From Minisyncoccota bacterium (GTDB lineage: Bacteria; Patescibacteriota; Minisyncoccia; Minisyncoccales; CG1-02-41-26), in the NCBI GenBank assembly GCA_028718785.1, contig JAQULB010000002.1, forward strand, positions 84,750-148,749: a stretch of 64,000 nt of DNA, in the 5' to 3' direction. A program made the position numbers and the translations under genes. Shown one piece after another: positions 15,094 to 24,436 of the stretch (its first letter is position 1; each line of letters begins with the position of its first letter). The notes under the pieces were generated by a model that was not told where the DNA came from, ran no database searches, and saw nothing but the letters and a program-made list of their open reading frames with translations.

Positions 15094-17279
15094 ATTTTAA
15101 TCAAAAAAAATTGGGTTTGTTTTTTTCTCATGGCATTTCATTAAAAAATTGGGAAGACATTGGCCATTTAAACCGCGAGATTGCGTTTTATAAAAGAATA
15201 GCCGATAATTTTGAAGAAATTATTTTTTTTACTTATGGCGGGAAAAATGATTTAAGGTATCAAGAAAATTTGGGACCCAAATCTAATATTAAAATTATTC
15301 CCAAACCCTGGGGGCTGCCAAAAATATTATATGGTTTTTTATTGCCTCTTATCCATTGGGTTAAATTAAAAGATATTAGTGTTTTAAAAACCAATCAAAT
15401 GTCTTCTGCTATTCCAGCGGTTATTGCCAAATTATGCTGGAGGAAGAAAAAATTGATTATTAGAAACGGCTACGAATGGCTGAAAATTTTAGAAAATGAA
15501 AAAAAGCCGTTTTGGAAAAAAATTGTTGTTTATTTATGGGAGAAAATTGCCTATAAGGTTGGGGATATTGTTGTTTTTACTTCCCAAAAAGATAAGGATT
15601 TTGCTCAGAAAAAATTTAAAATACCAGAAAGAAAGATTAGGTTTGTGCCAAATTATATTGACACAGAGCTTTTTGGGCCCTTGAACATTCCAAAAGAAAA
15701 AAATTCTGTGATTTATGTTGGCAGGTTGTCTAAAGAAAAAAACCTTTTCAATTTAATATCTGCCATGACTGGATTAAACGCAAAGTTGGCTGTGGTGGGG
15801 CAGGGGGATTTGCAAGGCGAGTTAGAAAAGCTGGCTAAAGAAAAAGAAGTTTTAGTGGAGTTTAAAGGAAAAATAGACAACAAGGATTTACCCAAGGAGC
15901 TTTCAAAAGCTGAGGTTTTTGTTTTACCAAGCTTGTACGAGGGCTGCCCTAAGGCGTTATTGGAAGCAATGAGTTGTGGTTTGGCTTGCATTGGAACAGA
16001 TGTTGAAGGCATTAAAGAGGTGATAATTCATAAAGAAAATGGATATTTATGCCAAACCGACAGCCAGTCAATTCACCAGGCGTTGAAAGATGTTTTGAAT
16101 GATAAAGAATTAAGAGAAAAAATTGGCGAAAAAGCTAGGAAAAGCATTTTAGAAAATTTTTCTTTTGAAAAAATAATCCAAAAGGAAAGCTCTTTTTTTT
16201 CAAATCTGAAAGTCTTGATTTTAGCTGGGGGTAGGGGAGCTCGGCTTTGGCCATTGAGTCGAACAGGCAGGCCAAAGCAGTTTCAAAGATTAACCAGCGC
16301 CAAAACAATGCTCCAAGAAACTGTTTGGCGGTTGTCTCCAGATATTGCTTGGGGAGACATTTTTATTTCAACAAATAACCTTTACGAAAAAGAGATTGCA
16401 AAAGAGCTGCCAAAATTACCAAAAGAAAATATTATAGTGGAATTATTTAATAAAGAAAGATTGGCTGCTTTGTTGCTTTTTTTAGTTCATTTGCCAGAAA
16501 GATTTTATAATGAGCCACTTTTGATTTTACCATCTGATTACAATATTCCCAATGCGGATTTGTTTAAAAAGGTTGTCTTAACGGGTGAGAATTTTATTAA
16601 AAGAAATCCTGATTACATTTTTATGATTGGTTCAAAACCGGATTTTCCAAATACCGGGCTTGGCTATATTAAAAAAGGCCAAGTAAAAGAACAGGAGGGC
16701 TTTAATATATTTGAGGTTGATAATTTTATTGAAAAACCAAGCATTGAGAGGGCCGTTTCGTTTGTGGAGCAGGGGAACTATTTTTTTAATATTCCTGTTT
16801 ATGTTTTTTTGCCTCAGTTGATTTTAACCCTAATTAAGCAGTACTTGCCAAACAGCTTTGCGAAATTCCAAGAAATTAAAAAAGCGATTGGGAGATCGGA
16901 TTTTAAAAATATTTTAGCAAAAGAATATCCAGAAATTGAAGAAACCTCTTTAGAAAATAGTATTTTTGCAAAATATAAAAAAATTGTTGTTTTGGAAATT
17001 AAAGATAATTGGAGCGATTTAGGCTCATGGGATTCTTTGAGGGATTTTTTATCAAATAAAGATGAAAATTTTACCATAGGAAATCATATTGATTTGGATT
17101 CAAAAAACATATTAGTTTTCAGTCAAAATAACGAACAGTTAGTGGCAACAATTGGAGTGAGTAATTTAGTTATTGCTGTTAGCAAGGATGTTATTTTGGT
17201 TTGTAACAAAAACGATTCCCAAAAAGTTAAACAAATAGTTGAAATTTTAAAAAAAGAAAATAAATCTAAATACTTATGA
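15087..17279 (+). CDS. fusion protein: GT4-type glycosyltransferase (N) + sugar-1-phosphate nucleotidyltransferase, ManC-like (C)
   Basis: 730 aa. GT-B C-terminal signature PSLYEGCPKALLEAMSCGLACIGTDVEGIKEVIIHKENGYL. From ~16200 an NTP-transferase signature VLILAGGRGARLWPLSRTGRPKQF. No cupin/PMI domain at the end. Confidence 0.8.
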   Translation: MVNFNQKKLGLFFSHGISLKNWEDIGHLNREIAFYKRIADNFEEIIFFTYGGKNDLRYQENLGPKSNIKIIPKPWGLPKILYGFLLPLIHWVKLKDISVLKTNQMSSAIPAVIAKLCWRKKKLIIRNGYEWLKILENEKKPFWKKIVVYLWEKIAYKVGDIVVFTSQKDKDFAQKKFKIPERKIRFVPNYIDTELFGPLNIPKEKNSVIYVGRLSKEKNLFNLISAMTGLNAKLAVVGQGDLQGELEKLAKEKEVLVEFKGKIDNKDLPKELSKAEVFVLPSLYEGCPKALLEAMSCGLACIGTDVEGIKEVIIHKENGYLCQTDSQSIHQALKDVLNDKELREKIGEKARKSILENFSFEKIIQKESSFFSNLKVLILAGGRGARLWPLSRTGRPKQFQRLTSAKTMLQETVWRLSPDIAWGDIFISTNNLYEKEIAKELPKLPKENIIVELFNKERLAALLLFLVHLPERFYNEPLLILPSDYNIPNADLFKKVVLTGENFIKRNPDYIFMIGSKPDFPNTGLGYIKKGQVKEQEGFNIFEVDNFIEKPSIERAVSFVEQGNYFFNIPVYVFLPQLILTLIKQYLPNSFAKFQEIKKAIGRSDFKNILAKEYPEIEETSLENSIFAKYKKIVVLEIKDNWSDLGSWDSLRDFLSNKDENFTIGNHIDLDSKNILVFSQNNEQLVATIGVSNLVIAVSKDVILVCNKNDSQKVKQIVEILKKENKSKYL

Positions 17280-18193
17280 AATATTTATTAACAGGGGGAG
17301 CGGGGTTTATTGGTTCAAATTTAGTTGAGTATTTGCTTGAAAAGGAAAGCGATGTTTTGGTTATTGACAATCTCACAACAGGCAATAAAGAAAATTTAAA
17401 AGGATTTGAAGACAAAATTGAATTTATTCAGGCCTCTTCTGGGGAATGCTTAAACATACCTCAAATTAAAGACATTGATGGCATTTTTCATTTGGGAATG
17501 CCTTCATCTTCGCCTTTATATCATAATGACCATAATATTTTTGGTCAAGCTATAAATGATTTTATTGCTATTTTGGATTTAGCAAAAAGAGAAAACTGCA
17601 AGGTGGTTTTTGCTTCAACTTCTTCAATTTATAACGGCAATCCCTTGCCATGGAAAGAAGATATGCCCGTTTTTGTAAAAGATTTTTATTCAGAGGCAAG
17701 GTATTTTATGGAAAGATTGGCTTTTATGTATAATAATCATTGGGAAGTTGATTTTGTGGGGTTGAGGTTGGCCAGTGTTTTTGGTCCTAAAGAACGCAAC
17801 AAAAAAAGATTGGCTAATATGGTTTCTCAAATTTTATGGTGGATTTTAGATGATAAAAGCCCAATTCTTTATGGTGACGGAACGCAAACTCGGGATTCAA
17901 TTTATGTTAAAGATGTTGTGAGAGCTTTTTTAATAGCTATGGAATCAAATGTTGAAGCGGATATTTTTAATGTTGGTTGCGGAGAGAATAAAACTTTGAA
18001 TGAAATAACCCAAATAATCTGCCAAATTCTTGGTAAAAATATAAAACCCGAATATCAAAAAGTGCCCATAAAAAACTATATTGCCAACCAGTTGGCTGAT
18101 ACCACAAAGGCAAAAAATATTTTAGGTTTTATTGCCCAGTATTCGTTAGATCAAGGAATAAAAGAACTTATTGCTTATGAAAAACAAAAGTAA
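17276..18193 (+). CDS. NAD-dependent epimerase/dehydratase (extended SDR)
   Basis: 305 aa. YLLTGGAGFIGSNLV; ATGA-type overlap with the upstream gene. Confidence 0.85.
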   Translation: MKYLLTGGAGFIGSNLVEYLLEKESDVLVIDNLTTGNKENLKGFEDKIEFIQASSGECLNIPQIKDIDGIFHLGMPSSSPLYHNDHNIFGQAINDFIAILDLAKRENCKVVFASTSSIYNGNPLPWKEDMPVFVKDFYSEARYFMERLAFMYNNHWEVDFVGLRLASVFGPKERNKKRLANMVSQILWWILDDKSPILYGDGTQTRDSIYVKDVVRAFLIAMESNVEADIFNVGCGENKTLNEITQIICQILGKNIKPEYQKVPIKNYIANQLADTTKAKNILGFIAQYSLDQGIKELIAYEKQK

Positions 18194-18830
18194 CCCGCTA
18201 TTTGATTTTTTGTTAAAAATTACTCTGGCTGTTCACAGTTATTTATACAAAGCTATTTCTTTTTTGGCTATAAGGAAAGAAGGTGGAAAACATCCAAAAC
18301 ATCGAATTTTAAATTACCATCAGTTTTTCTTGGAAAATATATTATCCCAAAGCAGGGTTTTGGATGTTGGCTGTTCAAGCGGAGAACTAACTTTTGATTT
18401 AGCAAAAAAAGCGAGAAAAGTAGTTGGTATTGATCTAAATGAAAAATATCTCCAAAAAGCCAAACAAAAAAATAATGCCCACAACATAGAATATATTTTG
18501 GGAGATGGGGCAAGCTATGATTTTAAAGAAAAATTTAATTTTGCGGTTTTATCCAATGTTTTAGAGCATATTGAAAAAAGAGAAGATTTTTTAAAGAAAA
18601 TAAGCTCAATTGCTGATAAAATATTAATAAGAGCGCCGCTTTTAACAAGAGATTGGCTTTCTGTTTATAAAAAGGAAACGGGCGTTTGGTACAAATTAGA
18701 CAAAACACATTTTATTGAATACACGAAAGAACAATTTATTTGGGAAATTGAAAAGGCCGGGCTTAAAATAGAAAAAATGGAAATAAATTTTGGAGAAATT
18801 TATGCAATTATCAGTAAAAAAAATAATTAG
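18177..18830 (+). CDS. class I SAM-dependent methyltransferase
   Basis: Motif I VLDVGCSSGELTFDLA; VVGIDLN; LSNVLEHI. The ATG at 18177 is preferred to the TTG at 18171. Confidence 0.8.
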   Translation: MKNKSNPLFDFLLKITLAVHSYLYKAISFLAIRKEGGKHPKHRILNYHQFFLENILSQSRVLDVGCSSGELTFDLAKKARKVVGIDLNEKYLQKAKQKNNAHNIEYILGDGASYDFKEKFNFAVLSNVLEHIEKREDFLKKISSIADKILIRAPLLTRDWLSVYKKETGVWYKLDKTHFIEYTKEQFIWEIEKAGLKIEKMEINFGEIYAIISKKNN

Positions 18831-19881
18831 CAAGGGACTTGCTGTAAAAGACAATATTTTTTCTAATAAAAAATACAAGCTTTCTTATATTGTTGAAAAT
18901 AAAGATTGGATTGTGAGCCGGATTGGAGAAAAATTGGTTGAATGTTTGAGTAATTTAGGATTTAAACAAGCCAAAACAACTATAACTTCTTTGGGCTTGC
19001 GAAATCAAATAATTCATTTTGGCTCAGTGCACACTTTTTTAAAAGAAAAAGGATTTAAAAAATTTCATATTTCAAATCAAGCTGTTTTAACTTGGTTTCA
19101 TTTTGTTGCTGAAGATAAAAGAATTAAGCATCTTTTGGAAGCTCAAAAATATTTAAAAATAATCCACACATCTTGTAGTATTACAAAGCGCAATTTGATT
19201 GATTTTGGCGTAGATAAAAATAAAGTTTTGGTCATTCCTTTGGGGGTTGATTTAAATTTATTTAAAATAGTTAATGAGCAAAAAAAACAAGAAATAAAAG
19301 AGGCCCTATCTATTCCCAAAAATGTTTTTGTGATTGGTTCTTTCCAAAAAGATGGAGTTGGCTGGGGGGATGGCGGGGAGCCAAAATTAATAAAAGGGCC
19401 GGATATTTTTGTTAAAGCGGTTGAAAAGATATCAAAAAATTTTCCAGTTTTTGTTTTGTTGACAGGACCATCAAGGGGGTATATAAAAAAAGAGCTTGAA
19501 AAAAGAAATATTCCCTATAAAAGCGCGGGTTTTTTAGATGACTATAAAGAAGTTGCTTATTATTACAATGCTTTAGATTTATATATTGTGGCCTCTAGAA
19601 TCGAGGGGGGGCCTGAGGCGATCGTGGAGTCGATGGCTTGTGGAGTTCCGTTAATTTCAACAAATATGGGAATGGCCCCTGATATTATTATTGATGGAGA
19701 AAATGGATTTTTAGCTGAAGTGGAAAATGCCAGTGAAATTGCCCAAAAAGCTATGCTGGTTTTTACCCAAACAGAGCTCAAAGAAAAAATAATTAAAAGT
19801 AGCCAAGAAACAATTCAAGAATATTCTTGGGAAAAAATAGCTAAACGCTATTTTGATGAAATATATGCAAAACTCTTATAA
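18802..19881 (+). CDS. glycosyltransferase, GT-B fold (GT1/GT4-like)
   Basis: C-terminal signature ASRIEGGPEAIVESMACGVPLISTNMGMAPDIIIDGENGFL. The ATG at 18802 is preferred to the TTG at 18790. Confidence 0.8.
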   Translation: MQLSVKKIISKGLAVKDNIFSNKKYKLSYIVENKDWIVSRIGEKLVECLSNLGFKQAKTTITSLGLRNQIIHFGSVHTFLKEKGFKKFHISNQAVLTWFHFVAEDKRIKHLLEAQKYLKIIHTSCSITKRNLIDFGVDKNKVLVIPLGVDLNLFKIVNEQKKQEIKEALSIPKNVFVIGSFQKDGVGWGDGGEPKLIKGPDIFVKAVEKISKNFPVFVLLTGPSRGYIKKELEKRNIPYKSAGFLDDYKEVAYYYNALDLYIVASRIEGGPEAIVESMACGVPLISTNMGMAPDIIIDGENGFLAEVENASEIAQKAMLVFTQTELKEKIIKSSQETIQEYSWEKIAKRYFDEIYAKLL

Positions 19882-20815
19882 TAAATTTGATAATGTTTTT
19901 TTAAATATAAAGGAAGAATTTGAAAAGCAAAATCAACTTCTTTCTAAAAAACCAAAAAATGGGAAAGAAAGTAATTTTTTGTTTAATATTTTATCAGTTA
20001 TGTTTGGTCTATTTTTGGCTTTGCTTTATAAATGTGGCATTTTACAAAAGCTTTTTTATTCCAATATGCGCTTGAAATGGTTCTTTGATTTTAAAAAATT
20101 TTGGGTGGATTATTTGGGAAATCGCAATATTGATGTTATTGATTTTCATTTTTTAAGAGATTCTTACAGGGCAAAATTTCAAGATGTTTCTTTAGAGCAT
20201 ACAGACGAAAAAAATCCAGAAAAATTTTTAGCTTCTTGGCAAGGCCAAGGAAATATATTTTATCTTTTTCAATCAGTTTGGAATTATAGCAAAAAAGCCT
20301 ATTTGGACTGTTGGCTTTTTGTTAAGTTTATTAAAAAGAACAGTCATGTTTTAGAATACGGGTGTTCAGTGGCTCCCATAACTCAAGGGCTTATAAAATA
20401 TTTTGGCTATAAAAATTTAAAGTTTACCATTGCCGATATTCCCCAAATTGCTTTTTTGTATGCAAGGTGGAAACTAATGACCAATAAAAGGGTTGGGTCA
20501 ATTGTGCTGAATCCAAGCCAAAAGAATAATTTGCCCCAAAATGTAAAGTATAACACTATTGTTTGTTTAACGGTTTTTGAACATTTACCAAACCCCATAG
20601 AAGTTGTTGAGGGCTTTTTGAGCCATTTAGAGAAAGGCGGGGTTTTAATTTTTGATTACATAAAAGGAGAGGCTGGGGGACTCAACAGCATTGCTGGAGA
20701 AAAAGAAAGAATAGAGGTTTTAAAAATAATTGAAAGAAATTTTAAAGTTTTAAAAGGCAAAATTGATTTTGAAAATTCAATGGGCCTGACCATAGCGCAA
20801 ATAAAGAATGACTAA
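19856..20815 (+). CDS. putative SAM-dependent methyltransferase
   Basis: Weak motif I VLEYGCSVAPITQGL; VFEHLPNP; LEKGGVLIFDY. Start is ambiguous (ATGs at 19856 and 19865). Confidence 0.5.
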   Translation: MKYMQNSYNKFDNVFLNIKEEFEKQNQLLSKKPKNGKESNFLFNILSVMFGLFLALLYKCGILQKLFYSNMRLKWFFDFKKFWVDYLGNRNIDVIDFHFLRDSYRAKFQDVSLEHTDEKNPEKFLASWQGQGNIFYLFQSVWNYSKKAYLDCWLFVKFIKKNSHVLEYGCSVAPITQGLIKYFGYKNLKFTIADIPQIAFLYARWKLMTNKRVGSIVLNPSQKNNLPQNVKYNTIVCLTVFEHLPNPIEVVEGFLSHLEKGGVLIFDYIKGEAGGLNSIAGEKERIEVLKIIERNFKVLKGKIDFENSMGLTIAQIKND

Positions 20816-20818
20816 CCA

Positions 20819-21844
20819 ATGAGGATACACATTTTATTTTCATTTAAAGATAGTCCATCAGGAGGAGGAAACCAGTTTTTAAAGGCCATGAGAGATAGCT
20901 TGCGAAATTTTGGGGTATATGAAGAACGAGCAGAAAACGCTGATGTTATTTTATTTAACAGCCACCACGAATTAAAAAAAGTTTTTTGGCTAAAGAAAAA
21001 GTTTCCTGAAAAAGTTTTTGTCCACCGATTAGATGGCCCCATTCAATTATACAGGGGAAAAGATAAATCAATTGATAATTTAATATTTAAAATCAACAAG
21101 CTTTTAGCTGATGGGGTAATATTTCAATCAAATTGGTCAAGAGAACAAAACCGCAAAATACATCAAAATTTTCCCAAGTACCAAACTGTTATTTACAACG
21201 CCCCTGATTTAAGTATTTTTAACAAAATCGCAAAAAAAGAGTTTAGCGCTTTTAGAAAAATTAAATTAGTGGCTGTGAGCTGGTCTAATAACCTCAAAAA
21301 AGGTTTTGATGTTTATAAATATTTAGATGAACATTTAGATTTTAAAAAATACGAGATGGTTTTTATTGGTAATTCGCCTGTTGATTTTAAAAATATTAAA
21401 ACAATAAAGCCAGTTGGTTCAAAAGAATTAGCTGTTATTTTAAAACAAAATGATATTTACATAACTTCCAGCCAAAAAGATCCTTGTTCTAACGCTTTGA
21501 TTGAAGCGTTATCATGCGGTTTGCCTGCGGTGGGTTTAAATGATGGGGGGCACCCAGAATTAATAAAAAAAGGGGGAGAGTTGTTTTGGGGAACAGGAGA
21601 TATTATTTCAAAAATTGAAAAAGTGGCCAATAACTATTTATATTATCAAAATAAATTGTCAGAGTTTTCTTTAAAAAAGGCAAGCGAGCAATATTTTTAT
21701 TTTTGCTTGAAAATTTTTGAAGACGCTAAAAACGGATATTATTTTCCCCGTCAGGTGGGTGTTGTGTCAAAAATTTCTTTTTATTTTAGCGTTATTGGTA
21801 ATTTGTTAGACAGAGCAAGTAAAAGATTTTTCAAAAAAGTATGA
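20819..21844 (+). CDS. glycosyltransferase, GT-B fold (GT1/GT4-like)
   Basis: 341 aa. SSQKDPCSNALIEALSCGLPAVGLNDGGHPELIKKGGELF resembles the E-x7-E region of GT4 enzymes. Confidence 0.6.
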   Translation: MRIHILFSFKDSPSGGGNQFLKAMRDSLRNFGVYEERAENADVILFNSHHELKKVFWLKKKFPEKVFVHRLDGPIQLYRGKDKSIDNLIFKINKLLADGVIFQSNWSREQNRKIHQNFPKYQTVIYNAPDLSIFNKIAKKEFSAFRKIKLVAVSWSNNLKKGFDVYKYLDEHLDFKKYEMVFIGNSPVDFKNIKTIKPVGSKELAVILKQNDIYITSSQKDPCSNALIEALSCGLPAVGLNDGGHPELIKKGGELFWGTGDIISKIEKVANNYLYYQNKLSEFSLKKASEQYFYFCLKIFEDAKNGYYFPRQVGVVSKISFYFSVIGNLLDRASKRFFKKV

Positions 21845-22512
21845 TTAAAAAAGGCATTTTTAAAAATTATTTTTCTTTTTCTTATAGAAGAAAAGCTTTG
21901 GATAAGTTATTGGAAAAAAATAAAAATTATTACAAAGGAATTGTTTTGGATGTTGGGGGAAGAGACAGGGGAAATTTTGAAAAGCCAAAAACCAAAGTGG
22001 AAAAATGGATTTTTGCTGATATTATCTCAGAGCACAACCCAGATGTTGTTTTGGATGTTGCTAATATGCAAGGAATTGAGTCAGAAACAATTGATGTTGT
22101 TAATGCCATTGAGCTTTTTGAGCATGTGGAGCAAATTGAAAGTGGATTAAAAGAATGTTATCGGGTTTTAAAAAAAGGCGGGGTAATGATTTTGTCTTGT
22201 CCGTTTTTAACTCCTTTGCATGGCGACCCTTTTGATTTTCAAAGATGGACTGAAACTAAATGGAAAAATAAATTAAAAGAAAATGGTTTTGTTGTTGAAA
22301 AATTTGAAATAACCGGGTTTTATTTTACAATTTTGGCTGATTTTAAAAAAGCGCTTATTAGAAGCTTGCCAAAAGTTGTTTCTTATTTTTGCAAATTATT
22401 TTACCCTTTGTTGGATTTGGTTATTTCGCTTGATAAAACCAGATGGGTTTTAAAAAATCCCAAATTAAACAAATTCCATAACGGGTATTTTATTGTTGTT
22501 AGAAAATTATAA
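21841..22512 (+). CDS. class I SAM-dependent methyltransferase
   Basis: VLDVGGRDRG; NAIELFEHV; LKKGGVMILSCPF. ATGA overlap with the upstream gene. Confidence 0.7.
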   Translation: MIKKGIFKNYFSFSYRRKALDKLLEKNKNYYKGIVLDVGGRDRGNFEKPKTKVEKWIFADIISEHNPDVVLDVANMQGIESETIDVVNAIELFEHVEQIESGLKECYRVLKKGGVMILSCPFLTPLHGDPFDFQRWTETKWKNKLKENGFVVEKFEITGFYFTILADFKKALIRSLPKVVSYFCKLFYPLLDLVISLDKTRWVLKNPKLNKFHNGYFIVVRKL

Positions 22513-22516
22513 AAAA

Positions 22517-22549
22517 AATTCTCTGGCAAGTTTGGGTTGCCAGAGAATT
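22517..22549. terminator. bidirectional intrinsic terminator between convergent genes
   Basis: Perfect 13-bp stem aattctctggcaa / ttgccagagaatt with a 7-nt loop, flanked by an A-run and a T-run. Confidence 0.8.
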
Positions 22550-22552
22550 TTA

Positions 22553-23239
22553 TTATGAAGGGAAAAAAAGAGTGGCTATCAACATTCCTGTTGCATTGGT
22601 TGTTGGCATGTCTGCAAGTTTCATGGCTTCACGCCATGGAATAAACTTACAGCCCATTATTTTTTCTGCAACAGAAGAAATGGGTTTGAGAACTTCAGGT
22701 TTAAACTGATAGATTGTCCCCGAGCACCAGTTTAAATCTGTTGTTTGTTCTAATTCTGTGGGAGAAATTAGGAGAGAGAAAGTTTGGATTCCTTTTCCAT
22801 CAACCGTGTTAAAGTAACCACTGTCTTGGTTTTGGGGGGCGTGAGAGAGTTGTTTGATTCGTTTTAAGTTTGTAAAATTAAAACGAGTTTCCTCCTGGTT
22901 TTCTCGAACAGCCGCTTGGAAGTGGTTTTCATTTAAGTTCATAAATCCTCGGGGGATATTAAGAACCCATCCTCCCATATTGTATCGAAGCTGTCTTAAA
23001 ACTCCGATATGGAGGGTTTCTTCCATAATACAATAAGGGGCTATATTTGCTCCTCCAATTTCGGTTACAACAATACTGTCATAACCGTGGGTAAGCATTC
23101 CATAGTCCACAGCGATACCTATATTTCTATTTTCCATGTGAACGCTTTTAACATTTTGGATTGGTTCTTGATTTATACTTACATCCCAATCCTGTTTTTC
23201 TCCATCCCTTATTTCTCTTATGATATTTGGATTTAGCAT
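22553..23239 (-). CDS. NUDIX-family hydrolase (possible nucleotide-sugar hydrolase)
   Basis: 228 aa. Near-complete Nudix box GFMNLNENHFQAAVRENQEETRF (GX5EX7REUXEEXGU with the last G replaced by R). Preceded by a strong SD (AAAGGAGGT, 5 nt before the ATG), unlike most neighbours I inspected. Confidence 0.65.
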   Translation of the reverse strand: MLNPNIIREIRDGEKQDWDVSINQEPIQNVKSVHMENRNIGIAVDYGMLTHGYDSIVVTEIGGANIAPYCIMEETLHIGVLRQLRYNMGGWVLNIPRGFMNLNENHFQAAVRENQEETRFNFTNLKRIKQLSHAPQNQDSGYFNTVDGKGIQTFSLLISPTELEQTTDLNWCSGTIYQFKPEVLKPISSVAEKIMGCKFIPWREAMKLADMPTTNATGMLIATLFFPS

Positions 23240-23325
23240 TGCGACCTCCTTTTCAGGGCTAAAGGTGAAGGTTTAAATTTTTAATGAATGTATTACAATA
23301 CGATATAAACTAATCTATGTCAAGG

Positions 23326-23353
23326 TTGGCAAAAGATTAAAAATTGGTATAAT
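23326..23353 (+). promoter_or_regulatory. sigma-70-type promoter
   Basis: TTGGCA (23326-23331), 16-nt spacer, TGgTATAAT (extended -10; TATAAT at 23348-23353). Lies 25 nt upstream of the ATG at 23378. Confidence 0.6.
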
Positions 23354-23377
23354 AACTCATTATAAAAACTAAAAGAT

Positions 23378-24409
23378 ATGGACGACAAAAAAACAATTTT
23401 AATAACCGGTGGGGCTGGTTATGTTGGCTCAAAATTAGTGGAAGCTCTTTTAGAAAGGGGCTATAATATAAGAATCCTTGATAAAGGATATTTTGGTTTT
23501 GATTCTTTGCCAAAAGGAGTTGAAGTTTTGCGGGGGGATTGCAGAAGGCCATTTGAAGGTTTAATGCAGGGAGTATGGGCGGTTATTCATTTGGCGGCTT
23601 TTTCCAACGACCCAACCGCCGACTACGACCCAGAAGCCAATTGGCAGATAAACTTTGAAGGCACAAAGGCCTTAGCTGATTTGGCTAAAAGATCGGGTGT
23701 TAAAAGGTTTATCTACGCTTCTACTTGTTCCACTTATTATCAAACAGGCAAACTATTGCAGGAGATATTTGATGAAAATTCCGAGTTGGTTTGCGAAGCA
23801 CCATACCCAAAATCTAAATTAGCCGCAGAGAAATACTTGTTTTTAATAGCTAATGAAGATTTTCAACCAACCATTTTAAGAAAAGGCACAATTTATGGCA
23901 AGTCCCCCAGAATGAGATACGACTTGATTTTAAATACCTTTGTTAAAGACGCTTTTTTAAAAGGTGAAATTAAAGTTCACGCTGAGGGCAAGCTGTCTCG
24001 GCCAATGCTTTCTTTAACTGAAGCTGTTGATGTTTATTGCCAAATGATTGAAGCTCCTTTAGAAGAAATTGGCAAACAGATAATTAATGTTCCTGGAGCA
24101 AATTATCAAATTATGGAAGTGGCTTTTGAGGTTTACCAAACGCTTTTAGAAAAAAGAGGGGTGAGGATTAAGTTGGATATTTGGAGGCATAATGAGGGGG
24201 TAATTAGAAGTTATCAGGCTAGCGATGTAAAGCTAAAAGACATTTTACCCAATAGGAAAAAGCAAAGTTTGTCAGAGGCAGTCCTTGAAATATGGGATGA
24301 CATTGTGCGCAAGTATGACCCAAACGACCCAATTTACTACAACATTCGCAACTTAGAAGAACTTAAAAGATACGAACAGCGTTTAAAAGATTTGGGTGGT
24401 GTTTTGTAA
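23378..24409 (+). CDS. NAD-dependent epimerase/dehydratase family protein
   Basis: 343 aa. ILITGGAGYVGSKLV; YPKSK YxxxK motif. Confidence 0.8.
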   Translation: MDDKKTILITGGAGYVGSKLVEALLERGYNIRILDKGYFGFDSLPKGVEVLRGDCRRPFEGLMQGVWAVIHLAAFSNDPTADYDPEANWQINFEGTKALADLAKRSGVKRFIYASTCSTYYQTGKLLQEIFDENSELVCEAPYPKSKLAAEKYLFLIANEDFQPTILRKGTIYGKSPRMRYDLILNTFVKDAFLKGEIKVHAEGKLSRPMLSLTEAVDVYCQMIEAPLEEIGKQIINVPGANYQIMEVAFEVYQTLLEKRGVRIKLDIWRHNEGVIRSYQASDVKLKDILPNRKKQSLSEAVLEIWDDIVRKYDPNDPIYYNIRNLEELKRYEQRLKDLGGVL

Positions 24410-24436
24410 AAAATAAAAATAAAATTTATAAAATTT

